From NCBI RefSeq assembly GCF_044324875.1, contig NZ_CP172185.1: DNA of 64,000 nt. One strand, given 5' to 3'. The notes beneath the pieces were generated by a model that did no database searches, was not told the DNA's origin, and saw only the letters and a list, made by a program, of their open reading frames with translations. Below are positions 1-9,571 of this stretch, one piece after another. The first letter of the stretch is position 1. Each line of letters starts with the position of its first letter. The position numbers and the translations under genes are program-made. Origin of the DNA: Escherichia coli. GTDB taxonomy: Bacteria > Pseudomonadota > Gammaproteobacteria > Enterobacterales > Enterobacteriaceae.

Positions 1-124
1 TTAAAGAGAAAGGGCAATATCCGATGAATAAAGTCGCGACCGATGATATCGGGTTTGCGATTTATCAGGTGGATTTGAGTAAGTAATACACTTCTTTTTC
101 GGCCTGCAAATCATCAACCGCATC

Positions 125-200
125 CGGCATTTATTGGCGGATGCGATGCTGGCGCATCTTATCCGCCCTACAAGTCATACACCGTAGGCCGCGCATCCTG
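125..200. repeat. REP-like palindromic unit(s) downstream of ytfH
   Basis: GC-rich imperfect palindromes (ggcggatgcgatgctggcgcatcttatccgccctac) resembling E. coli REP/PU elements; boundaries approximate. Confidence 0.4.
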
Positions 201-203
201 CAG

Positions 204-584
204 TTACGCCGCACGTTCATCCCGCACCGCCAACACCTCGGGCAAATTCAACTCAATCCAGTCCGCCAGTGCAGCAACCTTTTCGCTCACCTGCTCGCCC
301 AGCGGCGTGAGGCTATATTCCACATGCGGCGGCACCACCGGATACGCGATACGGTTAAGAAAACCATCCTGCTCTAGCGCCTGTAACGACTGCGCAAGCA
401 TCTTTTCACTCACCCCGCCCATTTTGCGCCGCAGGTCGCTAAAGCGATGAGTACCTTCGCGTAGCGCCACCAGAATCAACACCCCCCAACGGCTGGTGAC
501 GTGTTTCAAAACCTCGCGCGACGGACACTGTTCAGCGAAGAGATTTCCCTCTTTCAGTTGTTGCGACAGGCTAACCTGACTCAT
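204..584 (-). CDS. ytfH: HxlR-family transcriptional regulator YtfH
   Basis: Track ORF 204..695; start moved to internal Met (MSQVSLSQQLKEGNLFAEQCP...) giving 126 aa, the length I recall for YtfH; winged-helix HxlR-like sequence. Confidence 0.85.
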   Translation of the reverse strand: MSQVSLSQQLKEGNLFAEQCPSREVLKHVTSRWGVLILVALREGTHRFSDLRRKMGGVSEKMLAQSLQALEQDGFLNRIAYPVVPPHVEYSLTPLGEQVSEKVAALADWIELNLPEVLAVRDERAA

Positions 585-672
585 CTCATACTTACCTTTT
601 TGTACGTACTTACTAAAAGTAAGTTTAGGTGTTAGCGTATTTAAACACAAGACAAAACGATGGAGACTTCCT

Positions 673-1533
673 ATGATCGCAATTACTGGTGCCACTGGCC
701 AACTTGGACACTATGTTATTGAATCCTTGATGAAAACGGTTCCTGCCAGCCAAATAGTGGCTATCGTTCGTAATCCGGCAAAAGCCCAGGCACTGACAGC
801 ACAAGGCATTACCGTGCGTCAGGCTGACTACGGCGATGAAGCCGCACTGACATCTGCACTTCAGGGAGTGGAAAAACTGCTACTGATCTCTTCCAGCGAA
901 GTGGGGCAACGTGCCCCGCAGCATCGAAATGTTATTAATGCCGCTAAGGCGGCGGGCGTGAAATTTATCGCTTATACCAGCCTGCTACATGCTGATACCT
1001 CCCCGCTCGGCCTCGCCGATGAGCACATCGAGACGGAGAAAATGCTGGCTGATTCTGGCATTGCTTACACCTTGCTGCGCAACGGCTGGTACACCGAAAA
1101 CTATCTCGCCAGCGCCCCGGCAGCACTGGAGCACGGCGTATTTATCGGTGCCGCGGGCGATGGCAAAATTGCCTCGGCAACGCGGGCAGATTATGCGGCA
1201 GCTGCGGCGCTCGTGATTAGCGAAGCCGGTCACGAAGGCAAGGTTTACGAGCTGGCGGGCGATAGTGCCTGGACGCTGACACAGTTAGCGGCAGAGCTGA
1301 CCAAACAGAGCGGCAAACAGGTTACCTATCAAAATCTGAGCGAAGCCGATTTCGCCGCGGCACTGAAAAGCGTCGGACTGCCCGACGGACTGGCGGATAT
1401 GCTGGCGGATTCTGACGTTGGCGCATCGAAAGGCGGTCTGTTTGATGATAGCAAAACGCTGAGCAAATTGATTGGCCGCCCAACGACAACGTTAGCCGAA
1501 AGCGTAAGCCATCTTTTTAATGTTAATAACTAG
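673..1533 (+). CDS. qorB: NAD(P)H:quinone oxidoreductase QorB (YtfG), NmrA-like
   Basis: 286 aa ORF with N-terminal Rossmann motif ITGATGQLG; synteny with ytfH and ytfF. Confidence 0.9.
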   Translation: MIAITGATGQLGHYVIESLMKTVPASQIVAIVRNPAKAQALTAQGITVRQADYGDEAALTSALQGVEKLLLISSSEVGQRAPQHRNVINAAKAAGVKFIAYTSLLHADTSPLGLADEHIETEKMLADSGIAYTLLRNGWYTENYLASAPAALEHGVFIGAAGDGKIASATRADYAAAAALVISEAGHEGKVYELAGDSAWTLTQLAAELTKQSGKQVTYQNLSEADFAAALKSVGLPDGLADMLADSDVGASKGGLFDDSKTLSKLIGRPTTTLAESVSHLFNVNN

Positions 1534-1632
1534 TTAATTAAAGTGGCATCCTCCCGCATCCTCTCTGATAATGACGGGATGCCGGGAGCAATCATGTCTG
1601 CTTCCTGAACGTTTCTTCTGACAGACCAATGG

Positions 1633-2607
1633 ATGCCAGTAATGATTAGCGGCGTGCTGTACGCCCTGTTAGCAGGGTTGATGTGGGGGCTTATTTTTGT
1701 CGGGCCGTTGATCGTGCCGGAATACCCGGCGATGTTGCAGTCTATGGGGCGTTATCTGGCGTTAGGGTTAATTGCGCTGCCCATTGCCTGGCTGGGACGC
1801 GTGCGTCTGCGTCAGTTGGCGCGTCGCGACTGGCTTACCGCCTTGATGCTCACCATGATGGGCAACCTCATCTATTACTTCTGCCTTGCCAGTGCCATTC
1901 AACGTACTGGCGCGCCTGTTTCCACGATGATTATCGGCACCCTGCCGGTGGTGATTCCTGTCCTCGCCAATCTGCTTTATAGCCAGCGTGACGGTAAACT
2001 CGCGTGGGGGAAACTCGCCCCGGCGCTGGTTTGTATTGGCATCGGCCTGGCATGTGTAAATATTGCTGAGTTAGACCACGGACTCCCCGATTTTGACTGG
2101 GCACGTTATACCTCTGGCATCGTGCTGGCGTTAGTTTCCGTGGTCTGCTGGGCGTGGTATGCCTTGCGCAACGCCCGTTGGCTGCGGGAAAACCCAGACA
2201 AACATCCGATGATGTGGGCGACGGCGCAGGCGCTGGTCACGCTGCCGGTTTCGCTCATCGGTTATCTTGTCGCCTGTTACTGGCTGAATACGCAAACGCC
2301 GGACTTCTCCCTACCTTTTGGCCCCCGTCCGCTTGTATTTGTTAGCCTGATGATTGCGATAGCTGTGCTTTGCTCATGGGTCGGCGCACTTTGCTGGAAC
2401 GTCGCCAGCCAGCGATTACCGACCGTGATTCTCGGGCCGCTGATTGTTTTCGAAACGCTGGCAGGTTTGCTGTACACCTTTTTACTCCGCCAGCAAATGC
2501 CGCCGCTGATGACGCTAAGCGGTATCGCGCTGTTAGTGGTTGGCGTGGTCATTGCAGTCAGAGCAAAACCGGAAAAGCCTTTAACTGAATCTGTCTCAGA
2601 AAGTTGA
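1633..2607 (+). CDS. ytfF: DMT/EamA-family inner membrane transporter YtfF
   Basis: 324 aa strongly hydrophobic multi-helix ORF; alternative start at 1642 (MISGVLY) possible. Confidence 0.85.
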   Translation: MPVMISGVLYALLAGLMWGLIFVGPLIVPEYPAMLQSMGRYLALGLIALPIAWLGRVRLRQLARRDWLTALMLTMMGNLIYYFCLASAIQRTGAPVSTMIIGTLPVVIPVLANLLYSQRDGKLAWGKLAPALVCIGIGLACVNIAELDHGLPDFDWARYTSGIVLALVSVVCWAWYALRNARWLRENPDKHPMMWATAQALVTLPVSLIGYLVACYWLNTQTPDFSLPFGPRPLVFVSLMIAIAVLCSWVGALCWNVASQRLPTVILGPLIVFETLAGLLYTFLLRQQMPPLMTLSGIALLVVGVVIAVRAKPEKPLTESVSES

Positions 2608-2665
2608 CACGCTGGCAGTGAGTTAAATAAGCCTCTGCTACGTAAGGGTTATAGCATTTGCCTTA

Positions 2666-2688
2666 AAGATGCATTTAAAATACATCTT
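2666..2688. promoter_or_regulatory. NsrR operator (inverted repeat AAGATGCATTT-A-AAATACATCTT) upstream of ytfE
   Basis: Perfect 11-1-11 inverted repeat seen about 27 bp upstream of the ytfE start codon; matches the known NsrR binding motif; nsrR itself lies at 32551..32976. Confidence 0.8.
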
Positions 2689-2714
2689 ATATTATTAAGA
2701 ATGAGGTATCAGCT

Positions 2715-3377
2715 ATGGCTTATCGCGACCAACCTTTAGGTGAACTGGCGCTCTCTATTCCTCGCGCTTCGGCTCTGTTTCGTAAATATGATATGGATTA
2801 CTGCTGCGGCGGTAAGCAAACGCTGGCGCGTGCGGCGGCACGTAAAGAGCTGGATGTTGACGTCATTGAAGCTGAACTGGCAAAGCTTGCTGAACAACCG
2901 ATTGAGAAAGACTGGCGCAGCGCCCCGCTGGCTGAAATCATCGACCATATCATCGTGCGCTACCACGATCGCCACCGCGAGCAGCTGCCGGAGCTGATCC
3001 TGCAAGCGACTAAAGTCGAGCGCGTTCACGCCGACAAACCGAGCGTGCCAAAAGGGCTGACAAAATACCTGACCATGCTGCATGAAGAGCTTTCCAGCCA
3101 CATGATGAAAGAAGAGCAGATCCTCTTCCCGATGATCAAACAAGGCATGGGCAGCCAGGCGATGGGGCCAATCAGCGTAATGGAAAGCGAGCACGATGAA
3201 GCGGGCGAACTGCTGGAAGTGATCAAACACACTACCAATAACGTCACACCGCCGCCAGAAGCCTGCACCACCTGGAAAGCGATGTATAACGGCATTAATG
3301 AACTGATTGATGACCTGATGGAGCACATCAGCCTGGAAAATAATGTGCTGTTCCCACGCGCGCTGGCGGGTGAGTGA
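2715..3377 (+). CDS. ytfE: Iron-sulfur cluster repair di-iron protein YtfE (RIC)
   Basis: 220 aa [36 protein letters not shown]...; hemerythrin-like repeats. Confidence 0.93.
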   Translation: MAYRDQPLGELALSIPRASALFRKYDMDYCCGGKQTLARAAARKELDVDVIEAELAKLAEQPIEKDWRSAPLAEIIDHIIVRYHDRHREQLPELILQATKVERVHADKPSVPKGLTKYLTMLHEELSSHMMKEEQILFPMIKQGMGSQAMGPISVMESEHDEAGELLEVIKHTTNNVTPPPEACTTWKAMYNGINELIDDLMEHISLENNVLFPRALAGE

Positions 3378-3384
3378 TTTGTTC

Positions 3385-3418
3385 GATCAACGATCCTGAC
3401 ATGGGCAGGATCGTTGAT
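3385..3418. terminator. Hairpin between convergent ytfE and island gene A (likely bidirectional terminator)
   Basis: Inverted repeat gatcaacgatcctg / caggatcgttgat with a 7-nt loop in the 44-bp gap between two convergent stop codons. Confidence 0.5.
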
Positions 3419-3421
3419 TAT

Positions 3422-4906
3422 TCAGTCATTCAGTGGAAATAATTCATTGTTGTAACTGGTGTACTCACCTTCAACGGTAAGCAAACTGCCGTTTTTATCA
3501 AGATGCGCCGCATCGAGTTGTCGAGTCTCATTACGCCGCTTCGCATCACGTACCAGTCCATCGCCTACGTAATAAATATAGTGGTCATCATGAGCAAAGG
3601 TATCTGATAATTGACCATTGGCGTATTTAAACCACGTCCATTGGCCTTTCAGTTCAAAATGCTCAACCGTGTCTTCATCAATAAAATACGTATAGCGATC
3701 GTCATGTGCTAAATAATTTAATGGTGTGCCATCGGGGCTTTTATACCACTGCCATTGCCCATTAATATCAAAAATAGTCACATCATCGCTCGCAATGAAA
3801 TAAACTTTATCCCCTACAATATTAACACCTTCCTGTAATTCTTGTTGCGGGTCTGGTAAATGAATGACCGACAGCGTTTTTTCGACCGCAGAAACATACT
3901 TCACCAGATAGAGCGAATCTTTATATTGCGCCACATTCTCCGTCAGCGGGCGAAAATATTCCGGATCAACATCAGGAATAGTCGCAACCCGGCAGTCATT
4001 AGCACGCCTGGAAGCATCACGCGTCAACCATGTTACTTTATCCCGCTGCAGGTCAAACGTACTCCGACAATTTTTACCGAACGCATAACGTTTCTCCCCG
4101 TCTTTATCGCGATAAATTAGCAGTGAACCGGCTATCCAGCGCACAATATGAAAGGTATCCGGATCGGCGTTGATGGCATCTCCATTCACAAAGACCTGTG
4201 ATTTAGTCCGCCAGATTGTATCCCAGGGTCCCGGATTACTTTTGCTTTGGCAGCTATTGGGGGAAAATAAAATAATTCGTCGGTCCCAGGATTTAACGCC
4301 AAGAATAGAATACCCTTGCGCACTGCCCAACCAGTGCCCCTGAAAGTAAATATTGTGACGATCTTTCAGCACATCCGCGGAATCACCTGAACCGCCGACT
4401 TGTTGCAACGAATCCATATCGACCTGCTTTTCGTCGCGATTATCATCCGTGCGTTCACCATCAAAATAGAGACTATCTTTATCGGCGGCAAAACGCCCCC
4501 ACGCGCGGAATGTTGCAACATCAACTTTCGGTGTTCCCGGCGGGTTCTGGACTATTTTCCCTGCCCATAAAATATGGCGGCCATCGGTTAACCAGTCGAA
4601 ACGCCAGCCGCCATTTGACCGATAGCCAGAGAAGGGAGCCACCCGCACAAAATCATTATTGATATCATCAGGTGAATCGTATTCACCATCAGTGCCGTTG
4701 GGTACGCGGCGAAGTTGTTTGAACTTTACCTGCGGCAAATGAATATCCGGAAAATCGATACCGTAACCGTCACTATCTTCAACGATATATTTTGTGCCTT
4801 GCCCCCACGGCTGGTAGTAAAACGCAGCATAAGGCACGCCGGAGCAGGCTATCGAAGCGGTTGAAAATAAAGCCAGTGCGAGACAAACGGGTTTAATTGG
4901 CAACAT
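3422..4906 (-). CDS. Secreted/lipoprotein-like protein of unknown function, island paralog A (494 aa), repeated DK..Y(F/Y) and W.W aromatic motifs
   Basis: Long uninterrupted ORF; N-terminal hydrophobic signal (MLPIKPVCLALALFSTASIACSG); shares several conserved blocks with the upstream gene (WLTDGR.ILWAGK, FAADK.S.YFDG.RTDDN, HWLGSA.G, VDPEYF); absent from K-12 at this locus as I recall. Confidence 0.7.
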   Translation of the reverse strand: MLPIKPVCLALALFSTASIACSGVPYAAFYYQPWGQGTKYIVEDSDGYGIDFPDIHLPQVKFKQLRRVPNGTDGEYDSPDDINNDFVRVAPFSGYRSNGGWRFDWLTDGRHILWAGKIVQNPPGTPKVDVATFRAWGRFAADKDSLYFDGERTDDNRDEKQVDMDSLQQVGGSGDSADVLKDRHNIYFQGHWLGSAQGYSILGVKSWDRRIILFSPNSCQSKSNPGPWDTIWRTKSQVFVNGDAINADPDTFHIVRWIAGSLLIYRDKDGEKRYAFGKNCRSTFDLQRDKVTWLTRDASRRANDCRVATIPDVDPEYFRPLTENVAQYKDSLYLVKYVSAVEKTLSVIHLPDPQQELQEGVNIVGDKVYFIASDDVTIFDINGQWQWYKSPDGTPLNYLAHDDRYTYFIDEDTVEHFELKGQWTWFKYANGQLSDTFAHDDHYIYYVGDGLVRDAKRRNETRQLDAAHLDKNGSLLTVEGEYTSYNNELFPLND

Positions 4907-4939
4907 AGCATCATCCTGAAGCTGTTAGCGTGTAAGAGG

Positions 4940-6103
4940 TTATTTAAATAAGGGTTTCAGACCGCTCGGGGGTTGCTTCACCGTAGACCATTCTGCTGAA
5001 ATGGGGTTGTAACGCAGCCATTCAGTTTGCTCGTAGTGTTTTCCGTCGATTGTGGTTAATCCACTAAGTTCGTGACTGTAGAGTTGCCCGTCTGTAGTGA
5101 TATACATGTAGCCAGTTACCATGCTTTCCCTATCTAATAATTCAAAAACATCCTCTGGCTTGGGTGTTATCAGTTCACCTTCACCTAATGCATTGGTTTT
5201 AACCTTATAGAATTGATCTTTGTAATAGCCTACCGACCCGGTAAGTAAGGTAAAATATTCCGGATCAACTCCTTTAAGCGTTTCATAAACACAATCACTG
5301 CCCGCAGGCGTCGCTTCTTGTTTGAGCCTGGACACATTCTTCAAACCGATATTAAATAACGCACAACTGTGACCAATATCTTCCAACGTATAGTCATGCT
5401 CGCCGCTTTTATCGCGATAAACTAACCGTTCGCCAGGCATCCAGCGGATTATCTGAAAGGTTTTGCGATCGGCGGGCAGCGGCTTGCCATTAACAATCAC
5501 CTGCGAATTTGTCATTACAACAAATTGCAGGGATGAATCATGCCGCAGGATTTGAAACCCGTCAGCGCTGCCCAACCAGTGCCCCTTATGCCAAAGACTA
5601 TTTTTATCACGCAGTAAATTCCAGATGTCCGTCTCTTCAAGCGTTGACATATCCACCTGCTTATCACCGCTATTATCATCGGTACGCTGGCCGTCAAAAT
5701 AGATACTGCGTTTATCAGCAGCGAAAGCGCCGAATGCCTTAAAACTGGCGGCATCGACATTAGGTTCACCGGATGGATTTTTCAGGACTTTGCCTGCCCA
5801 AAGGACAGAACGTCCATCGGTGAGCCAGGTATGCTGGCAATCCCCCTCGTCATCACAGTCGAACTTATCGGGATTAAAATCGGAGAGCAGCCGGGTTTCT
5901 TGTTTATTGGCTAAATTGGCAATGCGCCAGAGGCGGGAAAAATTAACGTCTGGTAATTCGGAGAGGATCTCATCTTCTTTTCCCTTCTGTTCGGCAACGT
6001 AAACCGTGCCTTTTTCATGCTGGCGGTAATAAAAATCCGCGCCCCAGGAAGGTGAAATGGAGAGAGGTAATGCGGCGATTAATAACCAACTGCGCTTAAC
6101 CAT
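4940..6103 (-). CDS. Secreted protein of unknown function, island paralog B (387 aa from MVKRSWLLIAALPLSISPSWGA)
   Basis: Track ORF 4940..6331; start placed at the internal Met that begins a Sec-type signal peptide; paralogous to 3422..4906; lies 33 bp upstream of it on the same strand (probable two-gene operon). Confidence 0.65.
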   Translation of the reverse strand: MVKRSWLLIAALPLSISPSWGADFYYRQHEKGTVYVAEQKGKEDEILSELPDVNFSRLWRIANLANKQETRLLSDFNPDKFDCDDEGDCQHTWLTDGRSVLWAGKVLKNPSGEPNVDAASFKAFGAFAADKRSIYFDGQRTDDNSGDKQVDMSTLEETDIWNLLRDKNSLWHKGHWLGSADGFQILRHDSSLQFVVMTNSQVIVNGKPLPADRKTFQIIRWMPGERLVYRDKSGEHDYTLEDIGHSCALFNIGLKNVSRLKQEATPAGSDCVYETLKGVDPEYFTLLTGSVGYYKDQFYKVKTNALGEGELITPKPEDVFELLDRESMVTGYMYITTDGQLYSHELSGLTTIDGKHYEQTEWLRYNPISAEWSTVKQPPSGLKPLFK

Positions 6104-6195
6104 AGTGAACTCTGCAACGAGTGGCAAAGATTCACGGTAAGCTCGCGCCTGAGGGCTGTCTATGATGGTAGATATTTTTAAGAATATATAAAGAC

Positions 6196-6217
6196 AAAGG
6201 CACCCGCAGGTGCCTTT
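6196..6217 (-). terminator. cycA rho-independent terminator
   Basis: Hairpin aaaggcacc-cgc-aggtgccttt immediately downstream of the cycA stop, followed on the minus strand by a T-rich tract. Confidence 0.6.
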
Positions 6218-6236
6218 CAGAGCTATAAACGCAGCA

Positions 6237-7640
6237 TTACTTCGCCATGCGTTTTTTACCAATAAACAACCAGCCCAGCCCCAGAGCGATAAACCACAGC
6301 GGGGTAACCAGCAGCGCCTGGCGGGTATCATCTTCCAGTGTCAGCAGCACGACCACGAACACAAAGAATGCCATACATACCCAGCACATCAGCTTGCCGA
6401 GCGGCATCTTGTAGATCGACTTATCATGCAGGTGTGGACGCTGTTTGCGGTACACCAGGTACGAGCAAAGGATAATCGTCCAGACGAACATAAACAGAAT
6501 CGCGGAAACGGTTGTAATCATCGTGAACGCGCCAATCACGCTGGGATTCACATACAACATCACCACGCCGCCGAGCAGACAGATACAAGAGAAGGTCAGC
6601 CCTTTCGCGGGTACTGCGCGCTTAGAGAGTTTAGCGAACGCTTTCGGTGCCACACCTTCCTGCGCCAGACCAAACAGCATACGGCTGGTAGAGAAGACAC
6701 CGCTGTTAGCGGAAGACGCCGCAGAGGTCAGCACCACAAAGTTGATCACGCTGGCAGCCGCAGGCAAACCTACCAACACAAACAGCTCAACGAACGGGCT
6801 TTTCTCCGGGACTACCGAACTCCACGGCGTCACGGACATAATCACAATCAACGCGAAGACGTAGAACATAATGATACGGATCGGAATGGAGTTAATCGCG
6901 CGTGGCAGTGATTTCTCTGGATCTTTGGTTTCCGCAGCTGTTGTACCTACCAGCTCAATCCCCACGAAAGCGAAAACCGCTATCTGGAATCCGGCAAAGA
7001 AGCCACTTAAACCTTTCGGGAACCAGCCGCCGTCATTCCACAAATGCGCGAATGACGCTTCTACACCGGTCGGTGACTGAAAGTGCATCGCCACCATGAC
7101 CAGGCCGACGACTATCAGCGACACAATGGCGACGATTTTGATCATCGCAAACCAGAACTCCATCTCACCGAACATTTTCACGGTGGCGAGGTTGAGCGTC
7201 AGCAGCAGCACTATCACCGCCAGCGAGGCGACCCAGTCGGAGAGATCGGGGAACCAGAACTGAGCATAAGCCGTGATCGCCACCACGTCTGCCATACCGG
7301 TTACAACCCAGCAGAACCAGTAAGTCCAGCCGGTGAAATATCCTGCCCACGGCCCGAGTAAATCGGAAGCGAAGTCACTAAAAGATTTGTATTCCAGATT
7401 CGAAAGCAGCAATTCCCCCATTGCCCGCATCACGAAAAAGAGCATAAAACCAATGATCATATAAACAAAAATGATCGACGGCCCGGCAAGGCTAATCGTT
7501 TTGCCGGACCCCATAAACAACCCCGTACCAATGGCACCGCCAATGGCAATAAGCTGAATATGTCGGTTTGTGAGATTGCGCCGTAGCGACTGTTCAGCCG
7601 GAGCCTGATCATCGGCAACGACTTTTACCTGATCTACCAT
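6237..7640 (-). CDS. cycA: D-serine/D-alanine/glycine:H+ symporter CycA (APC family)
   Basis: 467 aa ORF, MVDQVKVVADDQAPAEQSLRRNLTNRHIQLIAIGGAIGTGLF...; amino acid permease signature. Confidence 0.95.
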   Translation of the reverse strand: MVDQVKVVADDQAPAEQSLRRNLTNRHIQLIAIGGAIGTGLFMGSGKTISLAGPSIIFVYMIIGFMLFFVMRAMGELLLSNLEYKSFSDFASDLLGPWAGYFTGWTYWFCWVVTGMADVVAITAYAQFWFPDLSDWVASLAVIVLLLTLNLATVKMFGEMEFWFAMIKIVAIVSLIVVGLVMVAMHFQSPTGVEASFAHLWNDGGWFPKGLSGFFAGFQIAVFAFVGIELVGTTAAETKDPEKSLPRAINSIPIRIIMFYVFALIVIMSVTPWSSVVPEKSPFVELFVLVGLPAAASVINFVVLTSAASSANSGVFSTSRMLFGLAQEGVAPKAFAKLSKRAVPAKGLTFSCICLLGGVVMLYVNPSVIGAFTMITTVSAILFMFVWTIILCSYLVYRKQRPHLHDKSIYKMPLGKLMCWVCMAFFVFVVVLLTLEDDTRQALLVTPLWFIALGLGWLFIGKKRMAK

Positions 7641-7948
7641 GTTTTTTTCTTCCTGTACCTGTCTGTGTTGTTCAGGCTCTACGGCCTTTAGTCAGTCTAT
7701 GATACGACGAATCTGTATCGGGACTCATCGATATTAGGTAACAATACGCGGGATGAATACTAAGATTTAGATCTAATGTTAATGTTATGTTTAAAGTGAG
7801 TGTCATATCACGGTGATAACGCGAAACAGCTCACAAAAATACACGCTTACGGGGTCTTTGCAACACAAAATAGCGCCGTTTGGCAAACTGAAGGGTTTAT
7901 TGCTGAATGCCTGCTCCCCTCTGGCTCGAGGGGAACAGAATGCGCTGC

Positions 7949-8569
7949 TTAGAGGATTTCCAGCAGTTCGACTTCAAACACCAGGGTGCTGAACGGAGGG
8001 ATGGACGCGCCTGCGCCACGCTCACCATATGCCAGTTCCTGCGGGATAGTCAGTTCCCATTTAGAACCTACCGGCATCAGAGTCAGCGCTTCAATCCAGC
8101 CTGGGATCACGCCGTTAACCGGGAATTCAGCTGGCTCGCCGCGAGCAACGGAGCTGTCAAACACGGTGCCGTCGATCAGTTTTCCGGTGTAATGAACACG
8201 AACGCGGTCGGTACGTGCCGGAATTGCGCCTTCGCCCTGGTTGATCACGCGGAATTGCAGGCCAGATTCGGTGCTATTCACACCTTCTTTTTTGGCGTTT
8301 TCTTCCAGGTATTTCACACCTTCAGCAGCCATCGCCTGGAAACGCTGACGACGAACGGCATCGGCGCGTTCGTGGATTTCACGCAGCGCGCGGTGCACCA
8401 CATCAACCGGAACAGCCGGATGTTTGCCTTCCAGCGCATCAGCAATGCCTGCAACCAGTGCTTCTGGCAGCAGCCCTTCCAGGCCAGATTCACTCAGTTG
8501 TTGCCCTACCTGCAAACCAATGCCGTAGCTTGCTTGCGCTTCGATGGTGTCAAAAGTTGGGGTGGTCAT
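7949..8569 (-). CDS. fklB: FKBP-type peptidyl-prolyl cis-trans isomerase FklB
   Basis: Track ORF 7949..8728; start moved to [20 protein letters not shown]... giving 206 aa; FKBP domain at C-terminus. Confidence 0.92.
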
Positions 8570-8786
8570 CGTATTTCCTTTCTTAGGGTATAAAGTAGCG
8601 GGCAGCATATCAGCCACACTTCTTTGGGTAAAACTTTGTCGCGGGAATGATGACAAATCCCGGGGAAAAAGAAACAATAGCAATATCCCGTATGAATATA
8701 ATAAAGGCGGGTTTACCACGGACATCATAGCGTTAGCTTATTCATAGGCTATGATTGAGGAACAAGACGCGGAGCAGGAGGAAACC

Positions 8787-9425
8787 ATGCCCGGGCGCTT
8801 TGAACTAAAACCAACCCTGGAGAAAGTCTGGCACGCGCCGGACAATTTTCGCTTCATGGACCCGCTGCCGCCGATGCATCGTCGGGGGATCATTATTGCC
8901 GCCATTGTATTGGTGGTCGGATTTCTGCTTCCATCTGATGATACGCCCAACGCGCCAGTGGTGACGCGTGAAGCGCAGTTAGATATTCAGTCGCAATCAC
9001 AACCGCCGACAGAAGAACAGCTGCGGGCGCAGCTAGTTACGCCACAAAATGATCCTGATCAGGTGGCCCCGGTCGCTCCAGAACCTATACAGGAAGGCCA
9101 GCCAGAAGAGCAGCCGCAAACTACCCAAACGCAACCATTCCAGCCAGATAGCGGAATTGATAATCAATGGCGCTCTTACCGTGTCGAACCCGGTAAAACG
9201 ATGGCGCAGCTGTTCCGCGACCACGGACTGCCCGCTACCGATGTCTATGCAATGGCGCAGGTAGAAGGCGCGGGTAAGCCGCTGAGTAATTTGCAAAACG
9301 GGCAGATGGTGAAAATCCGCCAGAACGCCAGCGGCGTGGTGACGGGCTTAACCATTGATACGGGGAATAATCAACAGGTCCTGTTTACCCGCCAGCCGGA
9401 TGGCAGTTTTATTCGTGCGCGGTAG
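8787..9425 (+). CDS. ytfB: Cell-division OapA/LysM-like protein YtfB
   Basis: Track ORF 8751..9425; start at MPGRFELKP gives 212 aa; single TM segment then Pro/Gln-rich linker and C-terminal OapA-like domain. Confidence 0.85.
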
Positions 9426-9525
9426 ATGAAGGGTCAACCAAAAGCCAGCTAAGGATTGTCTCTTTGATGACCTTACGTCTGGCTTCCAGTGCCTGAGGTG
9501 AAACCATACTGATATGTTGACATCC

Positions 9526-9547
9526 TCCACGCCCTGAAGGACGTGGA
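9526..9547. repeat. IS200/IS605 subterminal hairpin, tnpB-proximal (presumed RE)
   Basis: 6-bp stem TCCACG/CGTGGA with loop CCCTGAAGGA, 25 nt beyond the tnpB stop. Confidence 0.7.
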
Positions 9548-9571
9548 TCCCTGCTACGTTCAGGCTGTCGC

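Noticed and set aside
2736-3326. 196-aa minus-strand ORF
   Set aside because: Fully embedded antisense within ytfE, which has a clear homolog-supported frame
4940-6331. Longer 463-aa version of island gene B starting at 6331
   Set aside because: The extension lacks a signal peptide and runs into the cycA terminator and stop region; the internal Met at 6103 starts a clean Sec signal peptide and matches paralog A's architecture
6210-6911. 233-aa plus-strand ORF rich in His/Arg/Gln
   Set aside because: Lies entirely antisense to the well-supported cycA gene and is low-complexity; a frame artefact
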